Shown: positions 1 through 9,098, counted from the stretch's first letter. The stretch: 32,000 nucleotides of DNA from Candidatus Scalindua sp. (GCA_031316235.1 JALDRA010000001.1:2310001-2342000); one strand, 5' to 3'. Notes: generated from the sequence alone by a model not told the origin. A program made the numbers and translations.

Positions 1-1
1 G

Positions 2-1933
2 GCGATAAAAAAACCTAAATCTAAAACCGGCAAACAGCGAAGTGCTGGACTATTGCAGTCGATAGGCCCTGTTGAGAATCTTGAAAGCTATGTCAAGGCG
101 GATTGGTGGAGAGAAATCTTCAATGCCAATTATTTAAGAACCGATGGCGATGTCGTAGAAGATAAAGCTGTTACTAAAACCGAAATCGATCTCTTCCTGA
201 GTGTGTTGTCCCCGTCAAAAGAGAGCGTGATTTTGGATTTATGCTGTGGACAGGGCCGTCACTCCCAGGAACTGGCACAATGCGGATTCAGGAACGTCTT
301 CGGACTGGATCGTTCCCATTACCTGGTAAACAGGGCAAGATCACTCAATCGAAAAGAAGGTTTTAATATTACCTACAAGGAAGGAGATGCCAGGAAAATG
401 CCATTTATTTCTGATACCTTCGACTTTGTGCTTATAGCCGGTAATAGTTTCGGTTATTTTGAAACCATTGAGGACGATATGGCCATTCTTCGAGAGGTGA
501 TGCGGGTTCTTAAACCATCCGGAAAATTGCTCATAGATATTACCGACGGTGTCTTTATGAAAGACAACTTTCAGCCCCGGAGCTGGGAATGGATTAATAA
601 AAACTATTTTGTCTGCAGGGAGCGCTCTCTATCGAAAGATGGTGATCGATTAATATCGCGGGAAGTGATCAGCGATGTAAGAAAAGGCGTAATTGCGGAT
701 CAGTTCTATGCGGAAAGGCTTTACACCAAAGAAAGCGTAAGTGTTCTGCTGAAAAGGGCAGGATTTGTGGATATAGATTTCCATGCAGAACTGTCTACTG
801 ATTCACAGAGAAAACAGGACCTGGGAATGATGGAAAGACGCATTGTCATTACTTCGGTGGCCAGGAAGGAATGGGCTCCGGTAAAAAGCAGGCAGAAAGT
901 CACGAAGACAATCGCCGTGGCGATGGGTGACCACCGAAAACTTGACAGTGTGAAACCCAGTGGAAACTTTGATGAAGATGATTTTTTTACAATCAATGAG
1001 TTAAAAAAAACGCTGGCGGGATTGAAGGAATATAATTTTATCTACTTCGACAGACATGACACACTGATTACTGATCTCAGTAGGAATACGAACAAATTTG
1101 ATTTTGTCTTCAATCTGTGTGATGAGGGGTTCAACAATGACGCTACAAAAGAGCTGCATGTTCCTTCATTACTGGAAATTCTCAATATTAAATATACGGG
1201 AGGAAATCCTCAATGCCTTGCGTATTGTTACGATAAATCACTTGTCAGAGGGATTGCCAAGGAGATGGATATTCCCGTTCCCCGTGCCTTTATTGTCAAT
1301 CCGGAAGACACGTATTTCATTGAACTGCAAATTGGTTTCCCCGTGATTGTCAAGCCGAATTTCGGGGATTCCAGTGTTGGAATCAATCAACACAGTGTCT
1401 GCAATAATTTAGAAGAACTGGAAAACGCTCTTTTACATGTGCGCAGGAATGTGGGCTATGACAAGCCTATTATCGTGGAAGAATTTCTTGAAGGAGAAGA
1501 CATCAGCGTTGGCATTATTGGCAATCCTCCTGAATCGTATTTAGCGCTTCCTATTATCAAGGAAGACTATTCAACATTACCGCCTGATCTGCCGAAAATT
1601 TGTGGATACGAGGCCAAATGGAAGCCTGATTCTCCATACGGCAGGATAGACTCTGTCAAGGCGGATTTGCCTGAAGCGACAGAGAGGTTCCTGATTGCAA
1701 GCAGTATTAAACTTTTTGAAAGACTTGAATGTCGTGATTATGCGAGGTTTGACTGGAGATTGGACGTAAATGGAACGCCAAGACTGCTTGAAGCGAATCC
1801 GAATCCGGGATGGTGCTGGGATGGTCACCTGGCAAAAATGGCTAAGTTTGGAGGGCTTACGTATGCCGACATGTTAGAAAATATTTTAAAAGCAAGTGAG
1901 GAGCGGTTTAGTAAAGCGGACAAAACTCTATAA
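2..1933 (+). CDS. Fusion protein: class I SAM-dependent methyltransferase (N-terminal) plus D-Ala-D-Ala-ligase-like ATP-grasp domain (C-terminal); 5' end probably outside the window
   Basis: The frame is open from nt 2, with no stop before the TTG at 53 and no SD in front of it. The N-half carries MTase motif I VILDLCCGQGRHS, plus GLDRS and LKPSGKLLID. From about aa 285 there is a Ddl-type ATP-grasp pattern: FNLCDEG, VPSLLE, KYTGG, FPVIVKPNFGDSSVGI, EEFLEGEDISVGIIG, LEANPNPGW. Confidence 0.8.
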   Translation, partial: AIKKPKSKTGKQRSAGLLQSIGPVENLESYVKADWWREIFNANYLRTDGDVVEDKAVTKTEIDLFLSVLSPSKESVILDLCCGQGRHSQELAQCGFRNVFGLDRSHYLVNRARSLNRKEGFNITYKEGDARKMPFISDTFDFVLIAGNSFGYFETIEDDMAILREVMRVLKPSGKLLIDITDGVFMKDNFQPRSWEWINKNYFVCRERSLSKDGDRLISREVISDVRKGVIADQFYAERLYTKESVSVLLKRAGFVDIDFHAELSTDSQRKQDLGMMERRIVITSVARKEWAPVKSRQKVTKTIAVAMGDHRKLDSVKPSGNFDEDDFFTINELKKTLAGLKEYNFIYFDRHDTLITDLSRNTNKFDFVFNLCDEGFNNDATKELHVPSLLEILNIKYTGGNPQCLAYCYDKSLVRGIAKEMDIPVPRAFIVNPEDTYFIELQIGFPVIVKPNFGDSSVGINQHSVCNNLEELENALLHVRRNVGYDKPIIVEEFLEGEDISVGIIGNPPESYLALPIIKEDYSTLPPDLPKICGYEAKWKPDSPYGRIDSVKADLPEATERFLIASSIKLFERLECRDYARFDWRLDVNGTPRLLEANPNPGWCWDGHLAKMAKFGGLTYADMLENILKASEERFSKADKTL

Positions 1934-1940
1934 CTCTTGT

Positions 1941-2927
1941 TCAGAGTATGCCGAATGCCATTATCGGCATACCAGGGAAAACAACAGATGAGTCAGAATG
2001 GCCAAGGACAATAGCGTCATTGATGGCCGTAATGGTTTCCTGGTGCTTTCCAAACGTATTTACGATCTTGGCAAATGGCTGATCTTTTCGGACCGCTTCT
2101 CCCGGTTTAGCTATGAACCTGATAATACCGCTCTTGGAGCTGTACGGCTTGTCTGAATATCTGAGCAGCTTTCCCGCCTTGTAGGCAAACGGAGCCGGGT
2201 AACTGAAGGGCTCTTTCCCCGGTCTTATCATACCAAGATATGAGAGGATATTCGAGATAGCGTCCAGTCCATAGGTAACATTTTTTTCATTAATAAGGTA
2301 CGGTTCACACAATTCAAACGTCAATGCCGGGATGTCGTTCAGGAGAAGATTATAAGAAAGGGTGTTGGTCAGCTTCTCTGTATCTACGATAGAGACAAAA
2401 CCTGAGAGCCTGGTAAAAATCTTTGTTTTGTCATATGCTGTTTTATGAGAATGCCCCGGATTATGATCTATCAGCGAATACGGAATAGAGTTTTTCCAGT
2501 CATTATGAAGGTCTATCACAAGGCTGGGAGATGTATCGACTATTGTGCAGAAAATACTGCTGGCGAGCCTTTCTCCCAGAGTACCGGTCAGTTTGCCGGG
2601 AAACGATCTGTTGAGATCCTCTCTGCTTACCGTAATATTGCGTGAGACTGTCTCAAAGCCTATAGGATTCATGAGCGGAAACGCATAGATTGTTCCGCGC
2701 AAAAGTTTTTTCCTGATATTTTTAAATATTTCCTGAACAATAATAATGCCGCACACCTCGTCACCATGACCGCAGGCAGTGAGCCAGACAACCGGACCGG
2801 GATTTGCGCTTTTTGCCGACATGAGAGGCAATCGTCTCAGCGATAAGTCAGATCCCGTCATTATATTAATGAAGGAGTAGCTTACTTTCACGGGAGCGGT
2901 ATTATGCGATAAGTTATGTTTCATCAT
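1941..2927 (-). CDS. Succinylglutamate desuccinylase/aspartoacylase (AstE/AspA, M14-like zinc deacylase) family protein
   Basis: 328-aa ORF with PGPVVWLTACGHGDEVCG (HxxE zinc motif), MNPIGF and EDLNRSFPG, the hallmark motifs of the family. It converges on the upstream fusion gene with a 7-nt gap. Confidence 0.8.
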   Translation of the reverse strand: MMKHNLSHNTAPVKVSYSFINIMTGSDLSLRRLPLMSAKSANPGPVVWLTACGHGDEVCGIIIVQEIFKNIRKKLLRGTIYAFPLMNPIGFETVSRNITVSREDLNRSFPGKLTGTLGERLASSIFCTIVDTSPSLVIDLHNDWKNSIPYSLIDHNPGHSHKTAYDKTKIFTRLSGFVSIVDTEKLTNTLSYNLLLNDIPALTFELCEPYLINEKNVTYGLDAISNILSYLGMIRPGKEPFSYPAPFAYKAGKLLRYSDKPYSSKSGIIRFIAKPGEAVRKDQPFAKIVNTFGKHQETITAINDAIVLGHSDSSVVFPGMPIMAFGIL

Positions 2928-3025
2928 ATTCCTGACTTCTCATGCACAGTACAGATACGTTCAGATGTAATTGTAACGTATCTCAGCAAGTTGTACCACC
3001 TTTAAAGCGAGAGTTTGCTTCATAA

Positions 3026-3325
3026 TACAGGAACTTCCCCTGTATGGTAATGATATCCGGTTACGAGTCAGCATTATACAAAGAATCATTAAAGAGTTGG
3101 CATGCTCATTGTTTTCAGGCCGCCTGTCATCATGGTGTTGCAACGGAGTGGCTATGGAGGGATTATGAAGTTCCAGTGGACCTGCATGAATATCGTTATC
3201 TGGGCAATAATTTTCGTGAGCGTGAACGGATAAAGAGGAAAACAAAAAGATGGGCGGCGAAACTTCAATCCATACCTGTATCAGCGTGTCAGGCATTACT
3301 CTCCGCTCTAGACGAAGCCCTTGGA
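3026..3325 (+). pseudogene. Remnant (C-terminal third) of a phage-type Dam-like N6-adenine DNA methyltransferase
   Basis: The frame opens directly after a TAA at 3023-3025. The translation reads MVMISGYESALYKESLKSW...ATEWLWRDY...HEYRYLGNNFRERERIKRKTKRWAAKL. This matches, from memory, the C-terminal region of D12-class/phage Dam methylases. The SAM-binding and DPPY regions are absent, and the 3' end runs into a repeat copy. Confidence 0.55.
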
Positions 3326-3332
3326 TCGTCTG

Positions 3333-3444
3333 TATACTCATCTTACAATGGTTTTCGGATACTATCCGAGATAAAATTGAGCGAGTATACCTTCACCAGG
3401 ATCTGGTTTCCGGTAAAACCGAAAACCAGATCGGCTTTAGTATA
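3333..3444 (+). repeat. Full-length 112-bp modular interspersed element (modules A+B), copy 1
   Basis: TATACTCATCTTACAATGGTTTTCGGATACTATCCGAGATAAAATTGAGCGAGTATA + CCTTCACCAGGATCTGGTTTCCGGTAAAACCGAAAACCAGATCGGCTTTAGTATA. Near-identical to the copies at 8082, 19005 and 30542. Confidence 0.95.
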
Positions 3445-3538
3445 TCATCGAAGCAATGTGATGTGCAAGTGTGGAAGCCTGGTTGTCAAGTGAAATGTCC
3501 TGTGAGACGGCCAGGTTGAAGGGGGCCAGAAAAACCCT

Positions 3539-4774
3539 TCATTTATTTGGTTTGATTTTCCTTTCTATCCCAATTTGATTTAGCGAGTAGATGTTTAACA
3601 CCCCGTAATGATCTGAGGCCGGCAGCCCATCTTGATCTTTGGTGAGTCCAAACAGTTCTTGTCTGAGGCGGGCATTAGGCAAGAAAGAATCCACAAATAT
3701 ATAATCAATTCTTTTGGGACGTAACATATCTTCCTGGAACGCAGAAAGAATCTCGGCCTGAGCAGTGCTTGATGCCTTGGAAACGGCCCTATCCAAAATT
3801 TGTGGGATTATCGTTTCAACGTCTTCGACAATGAGATCATTCCCATCAGGATCCCAGGTATAGAGCTCTTTGTCACGAATGGCCATCTCATGAGTATCGA
3901 GCAGGCCGAGTTTTAACGCTTTCTTGTATTCGCGGGAGTAAGGATCAAAATTAAAGTCTCCACCCACCAAGATGCCGGCATATCCGCCACTTTTTTGTAA
4001 TCGTTTGAGTTCTTCCATCAATAGGCGGAGCCCTCTCTTGCGCTTGCGTTTTGATTTTTTAAAGGGCTTGCTGATTTGAGAATAAAGCTTCGATTGCTTT
4101 CCACCTGTCAATTCTTTTACCTGTTTCAGAAATTTGATGCTGTTGTCAAAACTTGAATGCTTGTGTACATTCGCAACCAGGTATTTGGTTCCGGAACCTG
4201 GCCACGTGATCTCGGAGATCAAGGCGTAACGCAACTCCTGTAATTGAAAACCCCATGTGCTGCGACACATCCCGAAACTGCCGAGAGTCTTCAGGCTCTT
4301 TATTCGATTTAACCGGTACTTTTTTTTCGCTAAGGTCACCATCCCGTTATTGAGGTCAGAGATTAGGGCTAAGTTCTTGCTCAAGCGCAGTCCGCAAGCG
4401 TCTACTTGGTGAATTTCTGAGTATTCAAGGCCGAACTTTCTCAGCGCTTTCACATATTCATCCGCCATTGTGGGTAAAAGATTGACTTCCTGAAGCAAGA
4501 TGATGTCAGGTGCCTCTTTTGCCATTTGATTTACTTGCAGCTGAAACCTGGCCTTCTGTATTTCAGGGGACTCAGTTAGTTCGACCCAATAGGGACCCAC
4601 GTGGAGTCCGTGCCAGACGTTGTAGGTGAGTACCTTGAAGATCTCCGGAGGAGTGGTTTTCAGCTTAGAGACATTTTCAAACTCTCGTAATTGTGGGGAT
4701 GGTCCTGTACACGAAAGCGCTAAGAGTCCCGCGATTATTAATGAGATTGGGATAGAAATAAGTCGGGAAAACAC
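3539..4774 (-). CDS. Endonuclease/exonuclease/phosphatase (EEP) family protein with N-terminal signal peptide (possible lipoprotein)
   Basis: 411-aa ORF with a hydrophobic N-terminus ending LLALSC. EEP motifs present: LTYNVWHG, ILLQEV, GGDFNFDP, SDHYGVL. Confidence 0.8.
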   Translation of the reverse strand: MFSRLISIPISLIIAGLLALSCTGPSPQLREFENVSKLKTTPPEIFKVLTYNVWHGLHVGPYWVELTESPEIQKARFQLQVNQMAKEAPDIILLQEVNLLPTMADEYVKALRKFGLEYSEIHQVDACGLRLSKNLALISDLNNGMVTLAKKKYRLNRIKSLKTLGSFGMCRSTWGFQLQELRYALISEITWPGSGTKYLVANVHKHSSFDNSIKFLKQVKELTGGKQSKLYSQISKPFKKSKRKRKRGLRLLMEELKRLQKSGGYAGILVGGDFNFDPYSREYKKALKLGLLDTHEMAIRDKELYTWDPDGNDLIVEDVETIIPQILDRAVSKASSTAQAEILSAFQEDMLRPKRIDYIFVDSFLPNARLRQELFGLTKDQDGLPASDHYGVLNIYSLNQIGIERKIKPNK

Positions 4775-4923
4775 CTTGTTCCTTTAAGTATTAATTATAA
4801 ACTTATTTAACAGATGGATACTGATAAAAAGTATTTTATATAAAATGAGCAAAACAGAAGCAGTTGGTACACTTTTGGCGATGCGGCAGTCATGTCCATG
4901 TTACCATAAGTTCGATTAAAAGC

Positions 4924-5058
4924 ACACTTTTTTCCGAAGATTTGTGTAATAAATGTAAAAAGTCAGAAAAAGATTTTGTGCGGGAACGAAAGCTTCCTTT
5001 TGGCCATCTTGTTCTTGCTATTTTACGTTTGGGTAAGGCTTCGATAAAACGAGAATAA
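4924..5058 (+). mobile_element. Short N-terminal fragment of a DDE (IS4-like) transposase
   Basis: The translation ...KDFVRERKLPFGHLVLAILRLGKASIKRE resembles the conserved F-x-R-x-RKL-x-F N-terminal motif of IS4-type transposases as I remember it. It ends in a stop exactly where the opposite-strand IS110 fragment begins. Confidence 0.3.
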
Positions 5059-5059
5059 G

Positions 5060-5232
5060 ATAAATTCTTCACATGCCTTGCGTTTACCAATATAACTCCT
5101 TGCTTCAAGGACATTGTGCACTGGACGCCAATATTCTCCGGTACTTTCCATTGCTACTACTGGAGAGGAATTATCACCTGACCATTCATGAAGTTTTAAC
5201 AACTCCCGGGTAAAGGTTGAATACTCCCGCTC
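5060..5232 (-). mobile_element. Frameshifted N-terminal fragment of an IS110-family (DEDD) transposase
   Basis: The minus-strand translation gives FTRELLKLHEWSGDNSSPVVAMESTGEYWRPVHNVLE. After a frameshift it continues GVILVNARHVKNL, the classic IS110 N-terminal pattern (vamEsTGxYW ... lvNaxhvk). It has an in-frame stop upstream and no catalytic C-terminal part. Confidence 0.6.
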
Positions 5233-5463
5233 TCATACAAAATACTTCTCCATGCAGCGGTTCATTTCACACTTTGTGCGAATTTTGCACTATTCTCAAC
5301 CGGAATACAATATCATTGATTCCGCGATTTTTTTTTCCCGTAACAACTCCATTTGAGGGCAGCGAAAAATATTACTGATTAATCTGACTCTCTACGGCAC
5401 ATTTTTTGTTGTTACACAAATTAAGAAAGAGGACAACAGGACGAAGTAAACCGTGTTCAGGTA

Positions 5464-5593
5464 CAATATCAGAATGGGGGAACTTAGTTGCCATGAAGAG
5501 TGTTCTTGTTGTAGAGGACGATAAAAGTCAGCGATTGCTATTACGAGCAGGAACCGGGTTTCGAAGGCTGGGAGGTGGCAACAGCAGCTGATG
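5464..5593 (+). pseudogene. Decayed partial duplicate of the 5' UTR plus first ~34 codons of the downstream response-regulator gene
   Basis: About 130 nt align with 5627-5767. The coding part is about 89% identical by hand alignment over about 100 nt. A 1-nt indel shifts the frame (MKSVLVVEDDKSQRLL then LRAGTGF... and a stop at 5591). Confidence 0.8.
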
Positions 5594-5657
5594 AGAGAAA
5601 ATCCGCAAAATAGAGCCAGACAGATGCAATATCAGAAGGGGGGGGAACTCAATTGCC

Positions 5658-6026
5658 ATGAAGAGTGTTCTTGTTGTAGAGGACGATAAAAATCAGCGTT
5701 TGCTATACGAGCAGGAATTAGGTTTCGAAGGTTATGAGGTGACAACGGCAGCTGATGGCATGGAGGCTTTAGAGAAAGCCTGGGAGATATATCCAGACAT
5801 AATTATAATGGACATAAACATGCCGAAGATGGACGGGCTTGAAGCAATAGGCAGGATTATCGGTAAGAATAAAAATACCCCAATTGTTATACATACCGCT
5901 TACAGCCAGTATAAGGATAAATTTATGTCTTGGGCTGCAGATGGCTATGTTGTTAAATCTCCAGATTTAGCCGAATTAAAAAAGACAATTAATGATGTAC
6001 TTAGAGAGAAATCGGCAGCCGTTTGA
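5658..6026 (+). CDS. Single-domain response regulator (CheY-like receiver)
   Basis: 122 aa: VLVVEDD, phospho-acceptor context IIIMDINMPKMDG, IVIHTAY, YVVKSP. No output domain. Confidence 0.9.
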   Translation: MKSVLVVEDDKNQRLLYEQELGFEGYEVTTAADGMEALEKAWEIYPDIIIMDINMPKMDGLEAIGRIIGKNKNTPIVIHTAYSQYKDKFMSWAADGYVVKSPDLAELKKTINDVLREKSAAV

Positions 6027-6028
6027 AT

Positions 6029-6069
6029 GGTAAGGATTACGGAGAGTCAATATTCCCTTACCTGTTTTG
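6029..6069 (+). terminator. Candidate weak intrinsic terminator or attenuator after the receiver gene
   Basis: GGTAAGG (6029-6035) pairs with CCTTACC (6056-6062) and is followed by TGTTTTG. The loop is large at about 20 nt, so this is weak. Confidence 0.25.
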
Positions 6070-6121
6070 CTGAGAATATGAGTGTGCTTTTTACTATTAA
6101 CTTGTTGAGAGGAGTGTAATA

Positions 6122-6529
6122 ATGGCAAAAACTTTGGAAACGAAAACTATCAGGGAAAGCAGTATCAGCAGAAAACCAGTTGAAACAGAATCGCAACCGG
6201 TGAAAGAGACAGCAGGGAGTGGAGGGGTAAGAAAAGAGTATCTTAAAGGTGCAAATTTATGCAGGGTTACGTTTAAACTTCCAAAAGAAGCTGCAGAAGG
6301 GGCGGAGAGTGTATGTATCGTAGGTGATTTTAATAATTGGGATACCAGTGCAAATCCAATGACAAAAACAATAAACGGAGACTGTACAGCCAGGCTTGAT
6401 CTTGAGGCAGGAAAGGAATACCAGTTTCGTTATCTCATAGATGGATCGAAATGGGAAAATGACTGGGACGCTGACAGATATGTTAAGAGTTGTTATGGTG
6501 ACTGTGACAATTCAGTAATTGTTACGTAA
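6122..6529 (+). CDS. Stand-alone glycogen-binding domain protein (CBM48 / AMPK-beta GBD-like)
   Basis: 135 aa with a low-complexity N-terminus. It then has VCIVGDFNNWD...GKEYQFRYLIDGSKWENDW, typical of CBM48/E-set glycogen-binding modules. Confidence 0.75.
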   Translation: MAKTLETKTIRESSISRKPVETESQPVKETAGSGGVRKEYLKGANLCRVTFKLPKEAAEGAESVCIVGDFNNWDTSANPMTKTINGDCTARLDLEAGKEYQFRYLIDGSKWENDWDADRYVKSCYGDCDNSVIVT

Positions 6530-6554
6530 GGTTGTTTGAGTATATTCTGTGCAG

Positions 6555-7823
6555 TTATCCTGTTTGATTATCAGCTTCCACAGCTTTCAGAAGTTGCTCT
6601 GAGATGTCAGGGAGGCTGTAATATACCCTGTTCCATGAGGGGAGCAGCTTCGCTTCGTGTGGCCCCTTGCTCTGCTCCCATGCTGTCCACAGGAATGCCC
6701 GGAAGTGTCTCACCGTGAGCTCTTCCTGATACCTGTCGTAGGCAAGGTCGTTTATATCAGCATCATCACTGTAACTTTTGACGAATTTGAGTGCGTTATC
6801 GTAATAGGTGTGGAGTATCATATCTACAAAAGCGTCATCCATGGCGACACCATGAGACCGCATATACGTGAAGTAGAATTTAGCGATATCTACCACCATT
6901 CTATGAAGCCCTTTGCTTGCATCTTCAGTTGATATATCCTGGTGCTTGTGTTCGTAGTTAGGTACCAGATCTATCTGTGCAATCTTTCGGGGAATTACTC
7001 TGTGGTAGACTTCTGACAGCGTGGCCACCTCCAGGCCCCAGTCGTAGGAGATATTAATCTCCCTTGCCAGCTGTTCTGTGAAACTGAACTCACCCGCTAA
7101 TGGGTAGTTGAAAGTACGGTGGTAATTGAAGAATCGACCCAGTTCATTATGCCCCCGGCCATACATGATATTGCTCATGACATCGACAAAGGGTGTAACA
7201 AAAAGACGGGTTACCCGTCCCTTCATGACTCTTTCTGTAGGTGATATTCGGGTATAGTAGCCCTTACAGAACTCAAAGTCTCCGTTAGGATTTGCGGTGG
7301 GTTCAATAAGTCTTCCGAGAAGGATTCTGTCATAAGTGACGATGTCGCAATCGTGAAGGGCAATCACATCACAATCTTCCCGTGCGAAGATATACCCAAG
7401 CGTGATCCAGACAGACTGCCCCTTTCCTTTTTCTCCTGTGGCAATTTCCCGGGTCTGGATTTCCTGAAAGATTTGCTGGATTCTGGGGCCATCGACCCAG
7501 ACTACCCGAACAAACCGTTTCGAATTCGAGAGCCTGCCGAAGTACTCCTTCGCCTGTTGAAACTGGCTCTCCTCAGTTGTACCTCCAAGTGCCACAACAA
7601 TGCTGTGGAGGTAGCGAACCTTATCAATATTATCCATGATCTGATTCATCACAGCAGGATTCTCAATTTCTGAAAAAAGCGATGGAAGAAGCAGGGTAAT
7701 TCTGCAGTGCCTGGCATGTTCCTCCAGTTTGCGTTCAAGGTTTACCAGATACTCTTTACGATCAAAAGAATCGTACAGTGAATGGATATTAGTGATAACA
7801 CCTCCCTGATGGAAATCAACCAT
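6555..7823 (-). CDS. GT-A fold retaining glycosyltransferase of the mannosylglycerate/glucosylglycerate(-3-phosphate) synthase type
   Basis: 422 aa. GEKGKGQSVW, ALHDCDIV (DxD-like), KGYYTRIS and YPLAGEFSF...YDWGLEV line up with my recollection of Rhodothermus MGS and the GpgS/MpgS motifs (GKGD/E, DADI, HYFPR, PLGGE...SDWGID). The exact substrate is not determinable here. Confidence 0.5.
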   Translation of the reverse strand: MVDFHQGGVITNIHSLYDSFDRKEYLVNLERKLEEHARHCRITLLLPSLFSEIENPAVMNQIMDNIDKVRYLHSIVVALGGTTEESQFQQAKEYFGRLSNSKRFVRVVWVDGPRIQQIFQEIQTREIATGEKGKGQSVWITLGYIFAREDCDVIALHDCDIVTYDRILLGRLIEPTANPNGDFEFCKGYYTRISPTERVMKGRVTRLFVTPFVDVMSNIMYGRGHNELGRFFNYHRTFNYPLAGEFSFTEQLAREINISYDWGLEVATLSEVYHRVIPRKIAQIDLVPNYEHKHQDISTEDASKGLHRMVVDIAKFYFTYMRSHGVAMDDAFVDMILHTYYDNALKFVKSYSDDADINDLAYDRYQEELTVRHFRAFLWTAWEQSKGPHEAKLLPSWNRVYYSLPDISEQLLKAVEADNQTG

Positions 7824-8081
7824 TTGAACATCCCTTTCAATAATTTTTTACTATCGTCTCCTGGGGGCAGGACCTGTTTTTCTCTAAAAAACACCCGCTC
7901 TCCTTCCGTACGGAGTGATTATACGTAGAGGTCCGTAAAAGTTCAATGATAAAACAATAAGAAAAAATTGGAAAAAAGTTGAAATCCCGCTGTATTTCTT
8001 TTACTATCAGTATCTATTCAATAAGGGGTTCTTAACATTTGAGAACAGCATTTTGTGTCTGTATATACCTCAAGTTATTTA

Positions 8082-8193
8082 TATACTCATCTCATACTGG
8101 ATTTCGGATAAAATCCGAGATAAAATTGAGCGAGTATACCTTCACCAGGATCTGGTTTCCGGTAAAACCAAAAACCAGATCGGTTTTAGTATA
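8082..8193 (+). repeat. Full-length 112-bp modular interspersed element (A+B), copy 2
   Basis: Same architecture as copy 1. The B 3' arm carries ACCAAAAACC (one extra mismatch). It lies in the divergent region and ends 117 nt upstream of the marC start. Confidence 0.95.
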
Positions 8194-8310
8194 AACGTAG
8201 AAGGAGGTTGGGCCTCCTCCGGCTGCACGTGTTCATACAGGAGAGATGTAACTGGTTAAAATGGATCTCAAGCGGGTTTTACCAGATGCTTACGATATAA
8301 AAACTCAGAT

Positions 8311-8943
8311 ATGGAACTTCTATCCTTTTTCATTTATGCCTTTACCTCTATATTTATCATTGTAAACCCTCTGGGCGGCATTATAACCTTTATTTCCCTA
8401 TCACAGGGGATGACCGTTGCGGAAAAATTACATACGGTTAAACGATCGGTTCTTATCGCGTGCATCCTGGCGCTCTTCTTTGCATTTACCGGAGAGGCTG
8501 TTTTGCAGTTGTTTCATATTACGGTGGACAGCTTGCGCGTCGCGGGAGGTATCCTTCTTTTTCTGATTGCTATTGACATGCTGTATGCAAGAACATCACG
8601 GGAAAGTGTTACACCTGAAGAAATTAAGGATGCTTCCGGAAGAGAGGATGTTTCGGTATTTCCCCTTGCGATACCGCTGCTCACGGGTCCGGGTGCTATC
8701 AGCACGGTAATTGTTGTTATCAGAACAGGCAAGACATGGGAGTTGAAGGCTGTAACAGTGTTTGCCATTATACTGACCTTTGTTCTCACTTACCTTATCT
8801 TCCGATTTGCAGACAGGATCAATAAAATGCTCGGTCTTACGGTCTCTCTGGTAATAACCCGCATCATGGGATTACTGCTTGGTGCGATTTCGGTTGATTT
8901 CGTTGCAACAGGCATATGGAATATCTATAAGTCGTTCTCTTAG
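8311..8943 (+). CDS. marC: MarC family (UPF0056/NAAT) integral membrane protein
   Basis: 210 aa with about 6 hydrophobic segments. It has the N-terminal FIIVNPLGGIITFISL signature and the GPGAIST motif. Confidence 0.8.
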   Translation: MELLSFFIYAFTSIFIIVNPLGGIITFISLSQGMTVAEKLHTVKRSVLIACILALFFAFTGEAVLQLFHITVDSLRVAGGILLFLIAIDMLYARTSRESVTPEEIKDASGREDVSVFPLAIPLLTGPGAISTVIVVIRTGKTWELKAVTVFAIILTFVLTYLIFRFADRINKMLGLTVSLVITRIMGLLLGAISVDFVATGIWNIYKSFS

Positions 8944-9098
8944 ATTTCATGGAGACAATCAGTAACTACCGGCATTACCCGCTCCCGGTGATTTGAGGAA
9001 GCCGGATAAAAGGTGGAATCAATCCTGAATTTATGTCCGGGGATTCACTGCCCAAAAGAGAGGTAAGGCGGGTGGCAGGAGTCGAAGATTTTACCTAC

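Noticed and set aside
2961-3341. 126-aa minus-strand ORF overlapping the Dam remnant.
   Set aside because: The plus-strand translation carries recognisable Dam C-terminal motifs. The minus-strand product has none and ends inside a repeat copy.
3250-3519. ORFs at 3250-3519, 8053-8259, 18866-19117 and the tail of 3044-3493, which encode recurring peptides such as SDKIRDKIERVYLHQDLVSGKT(E/K)NQIGFSI.
   Set aside because: The recurrence is simply the interspersed DNA repeat being translated. Copies occur in both orientations, as separate modules and with indels that break the frame. They lack start or SD context. Their conservation pattern (stem pairs kept, loops free) is nucleic-acid-like rather than codon-like.
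5406-5591. 61-aa ORF upstream of the response regulator.
   Set aside because: Its C-terminal half is the frameshifted duplicate of the receiver N-terminus. It is treated as a duplication scar, not a gene.
7905-7914. 10-bp perfect palindrome TCCGTACGGA, plus small hairpins in the GT/marC divergent region and after the repeat copy (AGGAGG-TTGGG-CCTCCT at about 8203-8219).
   Set aside because: Short palindromes of this size are expected by chance in several kb of intergenic DNA. They have no second copy and no supporting context.
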